Origin: a plasmid
Length of the DNA: 64,000 bases
Sequence record: NZ_CP118990.1
Direction: 5' to 3' (one strand)
Each line of letters opens with the position of its first letter. The stretch's first letter is position 1. Below the pieces are notes generated by a model. That model was not told where the DNA came from. It saw only the letters and a list, made by a program, of their open reading frames with translations, and ran no database searches. A program made the position numbers and the translations under genes. This document shows, in pieces, positions 9,941 through 19,211 of this stretch.

Positions 9941-10600
9941 CCAGCCGGGGGATCATGGCCGGGGGCCTGCGGCGGCCCCGGTTCCCGAGCGGCGGCGGCC
10001 GATGCCGGTGCGGCTGGATGCCGGAGCTCGCCCACCAGCCGGGGGATCATGGCCGAGGGCCTGCGGCGGCCCCGGTTCCTGAGCGGCGGAGGCCGGTACC
10101 GGTGCGGCTGGGTGCCGGAGCTGGCCCGCCAGCCGGGGGATCATGGCCGGGGGCCTGCGGCGGCCCCGGTTCCCGAGCGGCGGCGGCCGATGCCGGTGCG
10201 GCTGGATGCCGGAGCTCGCCCACCAGCCGGGGGATCATGGCCGAGGGCCCGCGGCGGCCCTGGTGCTCGATGGGCAGCAGCTGGTGGTGGGTATGGGGGG
10301 GGGGCCCGGAGCCGCCAGCCGGGGGGGATCATGGCCGAGGGCCCGCGGCGGCCCCGGTTCCCGAGCGGCGGCGGCCGATGCCGGTGCGGCTGGATGCCGG
10401 AGCTCGCCCACCAGCCGGGGGGGATCATGGCCGGGGGCCTGCGGCGACCCGGTAGCCGGTTCCAGCTCGGTGCCCTGGTGCTCTATGAGCAGCTGCCGGT
10501 GGACGGAGCCAGAGCTGGCTCACCAGCTGGGGGGATCATGGCCGGGGGCCTGCGGCGGCCCCGGCGAGCCGGTTCCCGCTCGGCGGTGGTCAGAGTGGGT
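9941..10600. repeat. GC-rich ~94-bp tandem repeat array, about 7 copies (first four near-identical, last three diverged)
   Basis: ccagccgggggatcatggcc recurs at 9941, 10035, 10129, 10223, 10315, 10412 and 10523; visibly much more GC-rich than flanking DNA; unit length not a multiple of 3. Confidence 0.85.
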
Positions 10601-10620
10601 GCTAAGACTGGTATTTGTAG

Positions 10621-10653
10621 ATAAAAAAATGGCCGCTAACAGATGGCGGCCAG
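10621..10653 (-). terminator. Rho-independent terminator of the minus-strand lipoprotein gene
   Basis: On the minus strand: hairpin tggccgc-catctgtta-gcggcca followed by a T-run. Confidence 0.6.
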
Positions 10654-10667
10654 AGAAGGGGCGATGT

Positions 10668-11531
10668 TTAAGAAGGATAAACAAAGAGCTCGGGTTTACC
10701 CTTTTCAAGCAGATATGGGAATTGGACCTTATCACCACTTTCCATAGTGACTTCTTTCGGAGCTAGATAGATGAAGCCCCAAGTCGGGAGGTTTTGGCTG
10801 ATTTTGGCATAGACAGCTTGTTCAGGAGCATGGCTTGCTGCGCCATTTGTGACATTGATGAAGTTAAACTGCGTTTCATGACCGGAAGTGAAGGCATACG
10901 CATCCCCTTGAACTCCAGTAATGAACGCTGGAGCTGTGCCCCGACTCGGTTCTACGACACGTACCTTGATGGAGCACATATCCGAAACCTTACTTTTACC
11001 ATTGATCCAAGTCGGGCAGCCCCATTCGTTCTTGTAAAATTGGTACGTCAGGTTGCCATCTTTGTCGTAGAGCAGAGTGAACTGCGCTCCTAGATCGGTC
11101 AGCGATGACTCGACAGAAAATTTCACATGTGAAATAAATTTGGCTTGAGCGTCAGCGGGAGATGCAGCCTCGCTTGCGGGCATCCAAGCAAGCAGGCTGT
11201 TACGGGAGCCATGCTGCTTGGGACCTATTGCCCAGTTAGCTAAATTGACCAGCCCGCCCTGCCAGTCAGATAACCCACTAACGCTCGGGGAGATATAGCC
11301 AGAGAGCACATAGGCGGCCCCAAAGGTTTTGGTATCTGTCAGTCGCTCCAACTGATCGCGTGGAACAGACGCATCCTGAATCCCTGTTTTCAGGTCACCG
11401 GCCTCGGCAATGTTGAAGGCGCGGCTGTGGTCAGTTTTGTAAGTTGCCGGTTCATAGCGGGCGCTCGTGCTTGCGCAACCAGAGAGCGTAGTCATGCACA
11501 GAGCTGTAGTGGCGATCAGTATCTTATTCAT
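10668..11531 (-). CDS. Lipoprotein of unknown function
   Basis: MNKILIATTALCMTTLSGCAS: signal peptide plus lipobox LSGC; AAGGAG RBS 6 nt upstream of the second Met; contains one copy of the ATTTCACATGTGAAAT palindrome. Confidence 0.6.
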   Translation of the reverse strand: MNKILIATTALCMTTLSGCASTSARYEPATYKTDHSRAFNIAEAGDLKTGIQDASVPRDQLERLTDTKTFGAAYVLSGYISPSVSGLSDWQGGLVNLANWAIGPKQHGSRNSLLAWMPASEAASPADAQAKFISHVKFSVESSLTDLGAQFTLLYDKDGNLTYQFYKNEWGCPTWINGKSKVSDMCSIKVRVVEPSRGTAPAFITGVQGDAYAFTSGHETQFNFINVTNGAASHAPEQAVYAKISQNLPTWGFIYLAPKEVTMESGDKVQFPYLLEKGKPELFVYPS

Positions 11532-11663
11532 TACGTTCTCCTTACTCACCTGAATGGGGTTTCACTTCATTGGCCTAGATAATATCACGGCATCAAAAAA
11601 TGCAACTGTAAAAAAAAGCCCCTCATTCAACTGAGGGGCAAGCACGGGTTGTTACAGGTTGTT

Positions 11664-12326
11664 CTATGCAACAGCTTTATCAGCCTGGTTCTCGATGTCA
11701 GCTTCGGCATCCAGCTCGTGTTGAGCGGCGACCGGGGCGGCTTGCGCAACTTCACTCTCTTTGCCCTTGGCATGAGCGGAGACTCTGGCCCGTTTTTCGA
11801 TGCCAATGATGCGGCCAGACAGTTTGAACAGGCGTTGTTGCCACTGATAGTTCGCTTCGGTCCGTTGCTTGTTGCTGAGGATGGCATTGAGCCAGAGTGT
11901 ATCGACGATACCCATCAAGCCATCAAGCTTGCGGATCAGATGAACAAACTGGGCCACTTGGGGAGAACTAATCTCGATGTCATAGGTGGTCGGATGGCTG
12001 TAGCCAGGCATACCGTCGATACCATTGTCTGCCATAACTTTCTTGAGTTGGGCGGTGCCCTTATCAAGATCTTCGGAAACCTTGGCGATGAGTTCCAGGA
12101 TGATAGCTTCAACCTGGTCGATTTCATCCTGTTCGCCGATGATGCGGAGGATAACATCAATAGAGAACAATGAGTTAGATACCCGGTCGAAACTGCGGTC
12201 CATGACACGTTGTGCCTGGAGGCTGTTCATTGTGACTGAGTTTTTAAACACCGGACGAGAGTAGTCCGGACGACTGATGTTAGGACGCGGCTGGCTTGCC
12301 GCGACAGCTATTTCTGCTTCTGCCAT
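11664..12326 (-). CDS. Hypothetical protein (acidic, coiled-coil-like)
   Basis: AAGGAG RBS before MAEAEIAV; no recognisable motif. Confidence 0.5.
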   Translation of the reverse strand: MAEAEIAVAASQPRPNISRPDYSRPVFKNSVTMNSLQAQRVMDRSFDRVSNSLFSIDVILRIIGEQDEIDQVEAIILELIAKVSEDLDKGTAQLKKVMADNGIDGMPGYSHPTTYDIEISSPQVAQFVHLIRKLDGLMGIVDTLWLNAILSNKQRTEANYQWQQRLFKLSGRIIGIEKRARVSAHAKGKESEVAQAAPVAAQHELDAEADIENQADKAVA

Positions 12327-12482
12327 TGATATGCTCCTTAGGGTACGGGGTAAACGCACGATAAGGATAAAGAGATTTTTTTCGTAATCAGATCGCTCAA
12401 GTTGCCCAAAATGGACACCTACAGCGTTTTCTATCCGAAATAGATCCGCTATATTTGAAGCATCTCAGTCGCTCTGCGACTT

Positions 12483-12520
12483 TGTGTGAGATAGCTGGTC
12501 TCCAAAAACAAACAGCATTC
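12483..12520 (+). promoter_or_regulatory. Partial copy of the conserved ATAGCTGGTC.CC.AAAACAAACAGCA module
   Basis: gagatagctggtctccaaaaacaaacagcattc matches the core of the ~135-bp module repeated at 22.1, 26.3 and 36.9 kb. Confidence 0.5.
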
Positions 12521-12614
12521 TGCTATGTGCCATCTGGCATTTTTAAACCCCACACCGGGGGCGTACTCCCGGTTATCGGGTGTTGCCCCTGTAATACCTT
12601 TCAGGAGTAACACC

Positions 12615-12977
12615 ATGCACATCATCACTTTCATTGCTGTTCTGTTCGTCGCTCTGGGTATGCTTTTCATCGGCGCGAAGGTCTTTGCACTTTCGTTTGT
12701 TGCCCTTGCCAAGCTGTTTCAGCGCGTCGGCTTGTTCCTCTGGAACAAGCTCCCAGTCGCTTCGATTGGTTTGTTCCTCAAGAACAAACTTGTCGAGCCA
12801 GCAATGCGGTCTTTGAAGGCCGTCATAACAAAGAACGTAGCCAAAGCCCGCAAGCCCAAAGCTACTGTTGTGTTTGAACCGCAAGCATTTAATGTTCCGC
12901 GTATTGATTTCGAGCTGGCCTATCCGGATCTCGATGTCCCTGCGTACTTGCGTAAGGGTACCAATATCGTCTGGTAA
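12615..12977 (+). CDS. Small membrane protein
   Basis: CAGGAG RBS; two predicted TM helices; preceded by module core and a GC hairpin. Confidence 0.45.
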   Translation: MHIITFIAVLFVALGMLFIGAKVFALSFVALAKLFQRVGLFLWNKLPVASIGLFLKNKLVEPAMRSLKAVITKNVAKARKPKATVVFEPQAFNVPRIDFELAYPDLDVPAYLRKGTNIVW

Positions 12978-13062
12978 CCTCGGTCGTCACTGACTGTTTT
13001 AACCCATCGGGGCAACTCTCCCCGCTGGGGATGTTGCCCCTTTTAACTCCAGGAGCAACATC

Positions 13063-13155
13063 ATGGAAATCGCTATCATCGCTACATGTATCCCTCCCGC
13101 CTGGTTCATCTCTCGCCCGCTGGTGAAGATTGCTGAGTGGTTTGGCTACCGCTGA
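13063..13155 (+). CDS. Possible 30-aa peptide
   Basis: CAGGAG RBS and ATG directly after an AACCC-GGGG/CCCC hairpin; short, so low confidence. Confidence 0.25.
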   Translation: MEIAIIATCIPPAWFISRPLVKIAEWFGYR

Positions 13156-13268
13156 TAGTTAATACAAAGAGAGAGGGTCACCTCTCTCTTTGGTCAAGCC
13201 TCTGTGGCTTGTCTTTAAAGCCCGCTGCATGAGCTGGCTTTGACGACAAGCTACAGGGGGAATGTCGA

Positions 13269-13448
13269 ATGCAACAACACGTATACGACGATAACAAGGG
13301 CGTCATCTACCTTGCCGACGGGCGCGAAGTTAGGTTTGACTCGACACTCTATTCCAGCGCAGAACTGGCGCATAGCGAAGCGGAGAGATGGGCCAAATTA
13401 ACGGGCGTCATCGGCCAGGACGACGATGTGATGATGTTCGTCCATTAA
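13269..13448 (+). CDS. Small hypothetical protein (59 aa)
   Basis: RBS-like AGGGGGA upstream; followed by strong hairpin ggtggcctc-acaaa-gaggccacc. Confidence 0.35.
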   Translation: MQQHVYDDNKGVIYLADGREVRFDSTLYSSAELAHSEAERWAKLTGVIGQDDDVMMFVH

Positions 13449-13516
13449 TAGGTGGCCTCACAAAGAGGCCACCTCTAACTTGAAGCAAGTCTGCTCACTC
13501 ATGGCTCGGTCATCAG

Positions 13517-13600
13517 TCAGTAGATTTTGTTCTCTTCGGAGAGCGAAAAAGTGCGATAGCTGGTCGCCAAAAACAAACAGCAAACGAACGTTTTTTTTCT
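13517..13600 (+). promoter_or_regulatory. B-type copy of the conserved promoter-like module
   Basis: agattttgttctcttcggagagcgaaaaagtgcgatagctggtcgccaaaaacaaacagcaaacgaacgttttttt; near-identical copies at 17794 and 31180. Confidence 0.55.
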
Positions 13601-13666
13601 AACCCATCCGGGTGCATCCTCCCGGTTCGGGAATAGATGCGCCTGCCATTTATAAGGAACGCATCT

Positions 13667-14635
13667 ATGTCTCAATACGCTCAATACTCAGTAAGCAAGG
13701 TCTTCGGTATGCCAAGCATCCCGGAAAAGGTTTTGGCTGTTGGCTATGCCGATACCACTAACCCGTTCATCCCTGCTACTGATCCCAACTACGTTTTCCG
13801 CAAAGAGTTTCTGCGAGAGGTTTTGGCCTTCCTCAAAGAACCTGGCGGTGACGGGTTGTTCACTACGGGCCCTACCGGGTCAGGTAAAACCTCTGGGATC
13901 ACTGAAATCGCGGGTCGTCTGAATTGGCCTGTACAGCAAATCACTGCCCATGGGCGGATGGAGCTGTGCGACCTGATCGGACATCACGCGCTGATTGCAG
14001 CTAACCCCGGTGAACCCCCTGTCATGAAGTTCATGTATGGACCGCTGGCAGTTGCCATGCGTGAAGGTCATATCCTCCTCATCAACGAGGTGGATCTGGC
14101 TGATCCTGCCGAACTGGCTGGTCTCAATGACGTCCTTGAAGGTCGTCCTCTGGTGATCGCTCAGAACGGTGGTGAAATCATCAAGCCGCACCCGATGTTT
14201 CGTGTGGCTGTTACCGGCAACTCTACTGGTTCCGGTGATGCTTCTGGTTTGTACCAGGGCGTGATGATGCAGAATATCGCCTCAATGGATCGCTATCGTT
14301 TCATCAAGGTGGGATATGCCGAAGATATTGCTGAACTCAGCATTCTTGGACGTGTCACTCCCAACCTGCCGGAGAACATCCGAAGTGGAATGGTGCGTAT
14401 CGCCAACCAGGTGCGCAAGCTGTTCCTCGGTGAGAACGGTGAAGATGGTCAGCTCAGCATTACCATGTCCACTCGGACGTTGGTGCGCTGGGCCAAGCTC
14501 TCTCTCGCCTTCCGTGGTGCCCCTAACGCTCTTGAGTACGCCTTGGATCAAGCTCTGCTTATCCGGGCCGCGAAAGAGGAACGTGAAGCTGTCCTGCGCA
14601 TTGCGAAGGATGTGTTTGGCGAACAGTGGCGCTAA
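13667..14635 (+). CDS. MoxR/CobS-like AAA+ ATPase
   Basis: Walker A GPTGSGKTS; Walker B ILLINEVD; sensor motifs; CobS-like proteins of this size occur in SXT/R391 ICEs and phages, paired with a VWA (CobT-like) protein. Confidence 0.75.
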   Translation: MSQYAQYSVSKVFGMPSIPEKVLAVGYADTTNPFIPATDPNYVFRKEFLREVLAFLKEPGGDGLFTTGPTGSGKTSGITEIAGRLNWPVQQITAHGRMELCDLIGHHALIAANPGEPPVMKFMYGPLAVAMREGHILLINEVDLADPAELAGLNDVLEGRPLVIAQNGGEIIKPHPMFRVAVTGNSTGSGDASGLYQGVMMQNIASMDRYRFIKVGYAEDIAELSILGRVTPNLPENIRSGMVRIANQVRKLFLGENGEDGQLSITMSTRTLVRWAKLSLAFRGAPNALEYALDQALLIRAAKEEREAVLRIAKDVFGEQWR

Positions 14636-14648
14636 GGGGAGGGCGGAT

Positions 14649-15545
14649 ATGAAGCTCAATGACTGTCTGTGCCGTCGTTACACCTTTTCTACTGTGACCG
14701 CTTGGCAAGTTAATCAAACGTTCATTGGTTTCAAAGTGCTGCGGGAGCCCAGCTCCTCAGCACCGGGCCAATTAGTGATGGTTGAAATTTGTCAGGTTGT
14801 TATAAATGGAAAGGCTCAAAATTGGTCCGAGCAGCAGCTTGGAAATACCTTTGAAGCCAACAGCTTTGAAACCATCCCGATGGTCTACCAAGACCAAGAA
14901 AAGCAGCATGTGTCGAAGTTAATCGAGCAGGGGTATGTCTACCTGGACGAGGTACTGGTAAACGCAACGACACGTATTGTGCAGGAAGTGGTAAAGGAGC
15001 GGGCGAACACCTCACCTGTGTGGTGTTCAGTCAACTGGTTGTTTACCCCTCCACCTGGAGGGGGAAAGATCTACAAAAAGTTTCTCAACAGAGTATTTGC
15101 CGAAGCCGCCACTTTGATTGAGTTTAAAGTTGAGCGAGATGGGAGCGATGATGAGCAACTATCCGGGGCATTGATGAGAACGGACAGTGGTTTTGAGCTG
15201 AGGGTAGATCGTAGTCTTGGCGAAAACACCATCCATCCTGACACGCTGGAAGGCGCTGGTGAGATTCGCTACGAACATGGTTATTTGCCGTTGCTGATCC
15301 TGATATACCTGCAACAGCAATATGCCTACCATTTCGTCGGTGTGAGCAATGCCCCATGGGTGACGTTCTGCGATGAGCAGGGCAACCCCTTTGAGTATTC
15401 GAACTTTGATTCGCTGGTACCCTTCATTGAGCGGTTCGGTTTCAGCTATGACGAGGTGAGGAAGGATGCGGAAAGGCTTGGCCTTGCGTCTGCACTGATC
15501 CGTCTGGCTGGGATTGAAACCGAGCAAGAGGACTTGTTCTTTTAA
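14649..15545 (+). CDS. Hypothetical protein
   Basis: GGGGAGGG RBS then ATG at 14649; the ORF-track start at 14316 overlaps the upstream gene and is rejected. Confidence 0.5.
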   Translation: MKLNDCLCRRYTFSTVTAWQVNQTFIGFKVLREPSSSAPGQLVMVEICQVVINGKAQNWSEQQLGNTFEANSFETIPMVYQDQEKQHVSKLIEQGYVYLDEVLVNATTRIVQEVVKERANTSPVWCSVNWLFTPPPGGGKIYKKFLNRVFAEAATLIEFKVERDGSDDEQLSGALMRTDSGFELRVDRSLGENTIHPDTLEGAGEIRYEHGYLPLLILIYLQQQYAYHFVGVSNAPWVTFCDEQGNPFEYSNFDSLVPFIERFGFSYDEVRKDAERLGLASALIRLAGIETEQEDLFF

Positions 15546-15650
15546 CCTTCGGAAGGGAGCTTTTCCCTTCCAAGTTACTTGTAATTAACCCTTCGGGGGC
15601 ACTACTGCCCCGAGGGGCATGGTGTCCCCCAATCACATTGGAGATACACC

Positions 15651-16655
15651 ATGTCTGAAACTAATTCCTTGGTTGTCCGTATGGCTTCCCGCTTCGGAGT
15701 CGATGGCGATAAGTTCTATGCAACGTTGAAAGCAACGGCATTCAAGCAGCGTGATGGCAGTGAGCCGACACATGAGCAGATGCTGGCGCTCATGGTTGTT
15801 GCGGAACAATACAACCTCAACCCCTTTACTCGGGAAATCTATGCGTTTCCTGACAAGCAGAATAAGGGGATTGTTCCGGTTGTTGGCGTTGATGGCTGGA
15901 GCCGTATCATCAATGACCACCCTCAGTATGATGGCGTCGAGTTCGTCTATACGGACAAAATGGTCAAAATGCCGGGGGCAAATGTCGAGTGCCCTGAGTG
16001 GATTGAGTGCGTGATTTACCGTAAGGACAGATCTCGCCCCACCCGCATCAAGGAGTTTCTCGATGAGGTCTATCGTCCGCCGTTTCAGGGGGATGGTGAG
16101 TATGGTGCGTACACAGTTAACGGTCCCTGGCAGACTCACACCAAGCGTCAACTCCGTCATAAAGTGTTGATTCAGTGTGCTCGGGTCGCGTTAGGTTTCT
16201 CTGGTATCTACGACCAGGATGAAGCCGAACGCATTCGCGAGATGGAGCAAGCTACGGCGATCAATCCCGCTGTAGCCAATCTTCCATCACCGGAAACCGT
16301 AAGTCAGATCGTGCCAGAGCCGGTTCAGGAAGTTGTGCTCATTGAGCACAAAGAAATGGACCCCATGCTGACCAAACTCGTTGGCCGCGCCATTAAAGGC
16401 AATGCCTGGTCTGCGGCACACGAGTATGTTGAAGAGCGATACAAAGGTACTCAGTTGGCGTATGCAGTTCACTACCTTCGTGAGAAGCAGATGGACCACA
16501 TGCCCCCCGCTGATGCCGACTACCAGGACATGCAAGGGCCGGTCATTGAACATGATCAGGCAGGTGCAGCACCGGTAGTTCAGGAATCCAATTCCCAACC
16601 ATCAAGTAAAGTGGAGGAGCCTCCCGTGATGGAAGAGGAAGTATGGTACGAGTAA
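15651..16655 (+). CDS. bet: Bet, RecT/Red-beta family single-strand annealing protein
   Basis: N-terminal region resembles lambda Bet / SXT-Bet (S065); acidic C-terminal tail; directly followed by exo. Confidence 0.75.
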   Translation: MSETNSLVVRMASRFGVDGDKFYATLKATAFKQRDGSEPTHEQMLALMVVAEQYNLNPFTREIYAFPDKQNKGIVPVVGVDGWSRIINDHPQYDGVEFVYTDKMVKMPGANVECPEWIECVIYRKDRSRPTRIKEFLDEVYRPPFQGDGEYGAYTVNGPWQTHTKRQLRHKVLIQCARVALGFSGIYDQDEAERIREMEQATAINPAVANLPSPETVSQIVPEPVQEVVLIEHKEMDPMLTKLVGRAIKGNAWSAAHEYVEERYKGTQLAYAVHYLREKQMDHMPPADADYQDMQGPVIEHDQAGAAPVVQESNSQPSSKVEEPPVMEEEVWYE

Positions 16656-16722
16656 TAAACCCCACCGGGGGGCTTCCCCCCTGTTGGGGGGATCTCCCTC
16701 CTAACCACTGGAGAGGTCCGTC

Positions 16723-17733
16723 ATGAAAATAGTCAACCTGTCGCAGCGCGAGGAGGATTGGCTTGCATGGCGGCGTCGAGGCATAACCGCCACCGACGCC
16801 GCTATCTTGCTCAATCGTTCTCCGTACAAAACCCGATGGAGACTGTGGGCCGAGAAGACCGGATATGCGCGAGAAGTCGATCTGAGTCTCAATCCTTTGG
16901 TTCGCCGAGGGGTTGCGAATGAAGATTTGGCAAGGCGAGCTTTCGAGGAGAAGCATGATGACATGCTGCTCCCGGTTTGTGTCGAATCGGTACAATATCC
17001 CCTCATCCGTGCTTCGTTGGATGGATTGAGGGATTGCGGTGAGCCGGTCGAGCTGAAATGCCCGAGCGCGACTGTCTGGCAAGACGTTTGTCTTGAGAAA
17101 GCAAACAGCAACGCATACAGGCTTTACTACCCGCAGGTGCAACATCAGCTCCTGGCTACGGGTGCAAAGCAAGGGTGGCTAGTCTTCTACTTTGAAGGCC
17201 TGATCCTGGAGTTCCCCATACTCCGTGATGAAGCCATGATTCAAGAAATCTTGGCTGAGGCACAGCGGTTCTGGCAGCAGGTGGTGGACAAGAAGGAGCC
17301 CGAAAAAGATCCGGAGAAAGACCTCTTTATACCGCAAGGTAAAGAGGTTAACGCATGGATCGCTGCGGCTGAGGAGTACCGTCTTTATGATGCAGAGGCT
17401 CAGGAGCTGAAACAGCGCTTGGCCGAGTTGCAAGAGAGGCAGAAACCTCACCTCGACACCATGAAGGCCCTCATGGGGCAATACTTCCATGCCGACTACT
17501 GTGGCGTGATGGTGACAAGGTACAAAGCGGCAGGTAGGGTGGACTACAAGAAGCTGTTGGCTGACAAGGCTGCGGGTGTTAAGCCCGAAGACATCGACCA
17601 GTACAGAGAAAACTCATCAGAGCGGTGCCGAGTGACGGTAACTGGCTCGGTGAAACCACGGTACATTGTGGATGATAGGGTCTTGGCCCCTCTCCAAAAT
17701 CTATCGGAAGAAGTAACGTCAAGTTGGTGGTAA
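16723..17733 (+). CDS. exo: Exo, YqaJ/lambda-Exo-like alkaline exonuclease
   Basis: N-terminal WLAWRRRGITATDAAILL...SPYKT motif typical of the YqaJ/lambda exonuclease family; partner of bet as in SXT (S066). Confidence 0.7.
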   Translation: MKIVNLSQREEDWLAWRRRGITATDAAILLNRSPYKTRWRLWAEKTGYAREVDLSLNPLVRRGVANEDLARRAFEEKHDDMLLPVCVESVQYPLIRASLDGLRDCGEPVELKCPSATVWQDVCLEKANSNAYRLYYPQVQHQLLATGAKQGWLVFYFEGLILEFPILRDEAMIQEILAEAQRFWQQVVDKKEPEKDPEKDLFIPQGKEVNAWIAAAEEYRLYDAEAQELKQRLAELQERQKPHLDTMKALMGQYFHADYCGVMVTRYKAAGRVDYKKLLADKAAGVKPEDIDQYRENSSERCRVTVTGSVKPRYIVDDRVLAPLQNLSEEVTSSWW

Positions 17734-17793
17734 GCGGGGATTTCCCCGCTTTACCCGTTTTCCACTGTGGACTCCATGAGTCTCCAATGGAAA

Positions 17794-17872
17794 GCAGATT
17801 TTGTTCTCTTCGGAGAGCGAAAAAGTGCGATAGCTGGTCGCCAAAAACAAACAGCAAACGAACGTTTTTTTC
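17794..17872 (+). promoter_or_regulatory. B-type copy of the conserved promoter-like module
   Basis: Near-identical to 13517-13600. Confidence 0.55.
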
Positions 17873-17936
17873 TAGCCCAACCGGGCGCATCCGCCCGGTA
17901 TGGGACGTGATGCGCCTCAAAAATATGGAGTGCATC

Positions 17937-19130
17937 ATGACTAAAGTGAACCACCTGAATCGCCTGTGCATCATTCACGTTGACTTCGACATCTGGAGCG
18001 GCCAGACCCGTTTGACCGCTGCGGACTTGAAGTTGGGAGTGGGCGGAGAAATCCCCCCCGAGAAGATTGCACTGCTCGGTAGTAAAAAAATCTGTGATCC
18101 GGCGAAGCTGAAAGGCTTCCATCGTCTGAAAACAGAAACTCGCCGTCTCCTGCTGAAATTCGGTATGCCGTTCATGAACGGTTTTGCCGTGCCGGTAGAG
18201 AAGGTCGATGAAATTACTGGAAAGCTCGATGATGTGGGCAGCCAGTTCAATGCTCTAAAACAAGACTTCATCAGGGGCTATAACATGGCTGTTGATGAGT
18301 GGTGTCTGGAGAACCCTGAATACGAAGGTGCTCTTCGCGCTGGCGCTCTCCCTAAGGAGACTGTCGAGAAGCGGATTGCCTTCGAATACCAGGCATTCAT
18401 GATCGTGGCCGATAGCGATAAAGGCCATGCAATGAAGCTCAACCGCAAGGTCGAGTGTCTCGGGGATGACCTCATTACCGAAGTTACCCAGGAAGCCAAT
18501 AAGTTCTACATGGAGCGTCTGGCGGGCCGTGATCAATGTGCTCTCACGACACGACAAACACTCCGGAACATCCGCGATAAAGTGGATGGGCTGAGCTTCC
18601 TGAACAGCGCGTTTACCCCACTGGTTAAGCTGCTCGATCAAACCCTCCGGGGTTACGATCAACATGCAGAGGGGCGAAATGTCGTTGCACCTTTCTTCTA
18701 CCAGGTTGTGGCCGCAGTGCTGATCATGAGCGATAAGGGGCGTATCGAACAATACGCCAACGGTTCGCTCACCGTGGAAGGGATGGCCGAGGGTGTGGTT
18801 GGTGCTGAGCTCGTTGCAAGCGCCGATCAGACGCCGCTCCATCAAAGTAATGCACAGCCTGCTGCACCTATTGCTCCCGAAATCGGGAACACCAATGCGC
18901 AAGCTGCTGAGGTGCTGGTTGATGAGGCTGACATCGATGCCTTCTTCAACAACTATGTAGAAAATCATGATGCTGGTGGTCAGAAAGAGGAGAAGACCGA
19001 GGCTGCACCGGTAGTACCGGACGTGGCTAAGGAACCTCTGGAAACCCCAGTGGAAAATGTAGTGGTGAATCAAACTCCCGTAGTTGAGACGCCACCGAAA
19101 GACGACGGCGTAAACGATCTTTACTTCTAA
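17937..19130 (+). CDS. Hypothetical protein with acidic/Pro-rich C-terminal tail
   Basis: ATGGAG RBS; the ORF-track start at 17724 runs through the module and hairpin and is rejected. Confidence 0.5.
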   Translation: MTKVNHLNRLCIIHVDFDIWSGQTRLTAADLKLGVGGEIPPEKIALLGSKKICDPAKLKGFHRLKTETRRLLLKFGMPFMNGFAVPVEKVDEITGKLDDVGSQFNALKQDFIRGYNMAVDEWCLENPEYEGALRAGALPKETVEKRIAFEYQAFMIVADSDKGHAMKLNRKVECLGDDLITEVTQEANKFYMERLAGRDQCALTTRQTLRNIRDKVDGLSFLNSAFTPLVKLLDQTLRGYDQHAEGRNVVAPFFYQVVAAVLIMSDKGRIEQYANGSLTVEGMAEGVVGAELVASADQTPLHQSNAQPAAPIAPEIGNTNAQAAEVLVDEADIDAFFNNYVENHDAGGQKEEKTEAAPVVPDVAKEPLETPVENVVVNQTPVVETPPKDDGVNDLYF

Positions 19131-19211
19131 GCGCCTCGTTCAATAAACCTACCCGGAGGGGATAGCCACCCTCCGGGATGGACTATCTCCTTCTCTACCT
19201 GGAGAAACGAT

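Noticed and set aside
9917-10624. 235-aa Pro/Gly/Arg-rich ORF (and overlapping 166/207-aa ORFs) spanning the GC-rich tandem repeat
   Set aside because: The 94-bp unit is not a multiple of 3, so the frame drifts across copies. The ORFs arise on both strands purely from GC-richness, and no RBS is present. Treated as non-coding repeat.
14316-14648. 5' extension of the 14316-15545 ORF overlapping the AAA ATPase gene
   Set aside because: A clean ATG with GGGGAGGG RBS at 14649 lies right after the upstream stop. The extension would overlap 320 nt of the previous gene.
13600-15650. Looked for an ssb gene expected next to bet/exo in SXT/R391 elements
   Set aside because: No ORF in the vicinity shows an OB-fold SSB signature or the acidic DDDIPF-type tail. 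Not annotated.
17724-17936. 5' extension of the 17724-19130 ORF through the conserved module and GC hairpin
   Set aside because: The extension reads through the non-coding conserved module. ATG at 17937 with ATGGAG RBS is the natural start.
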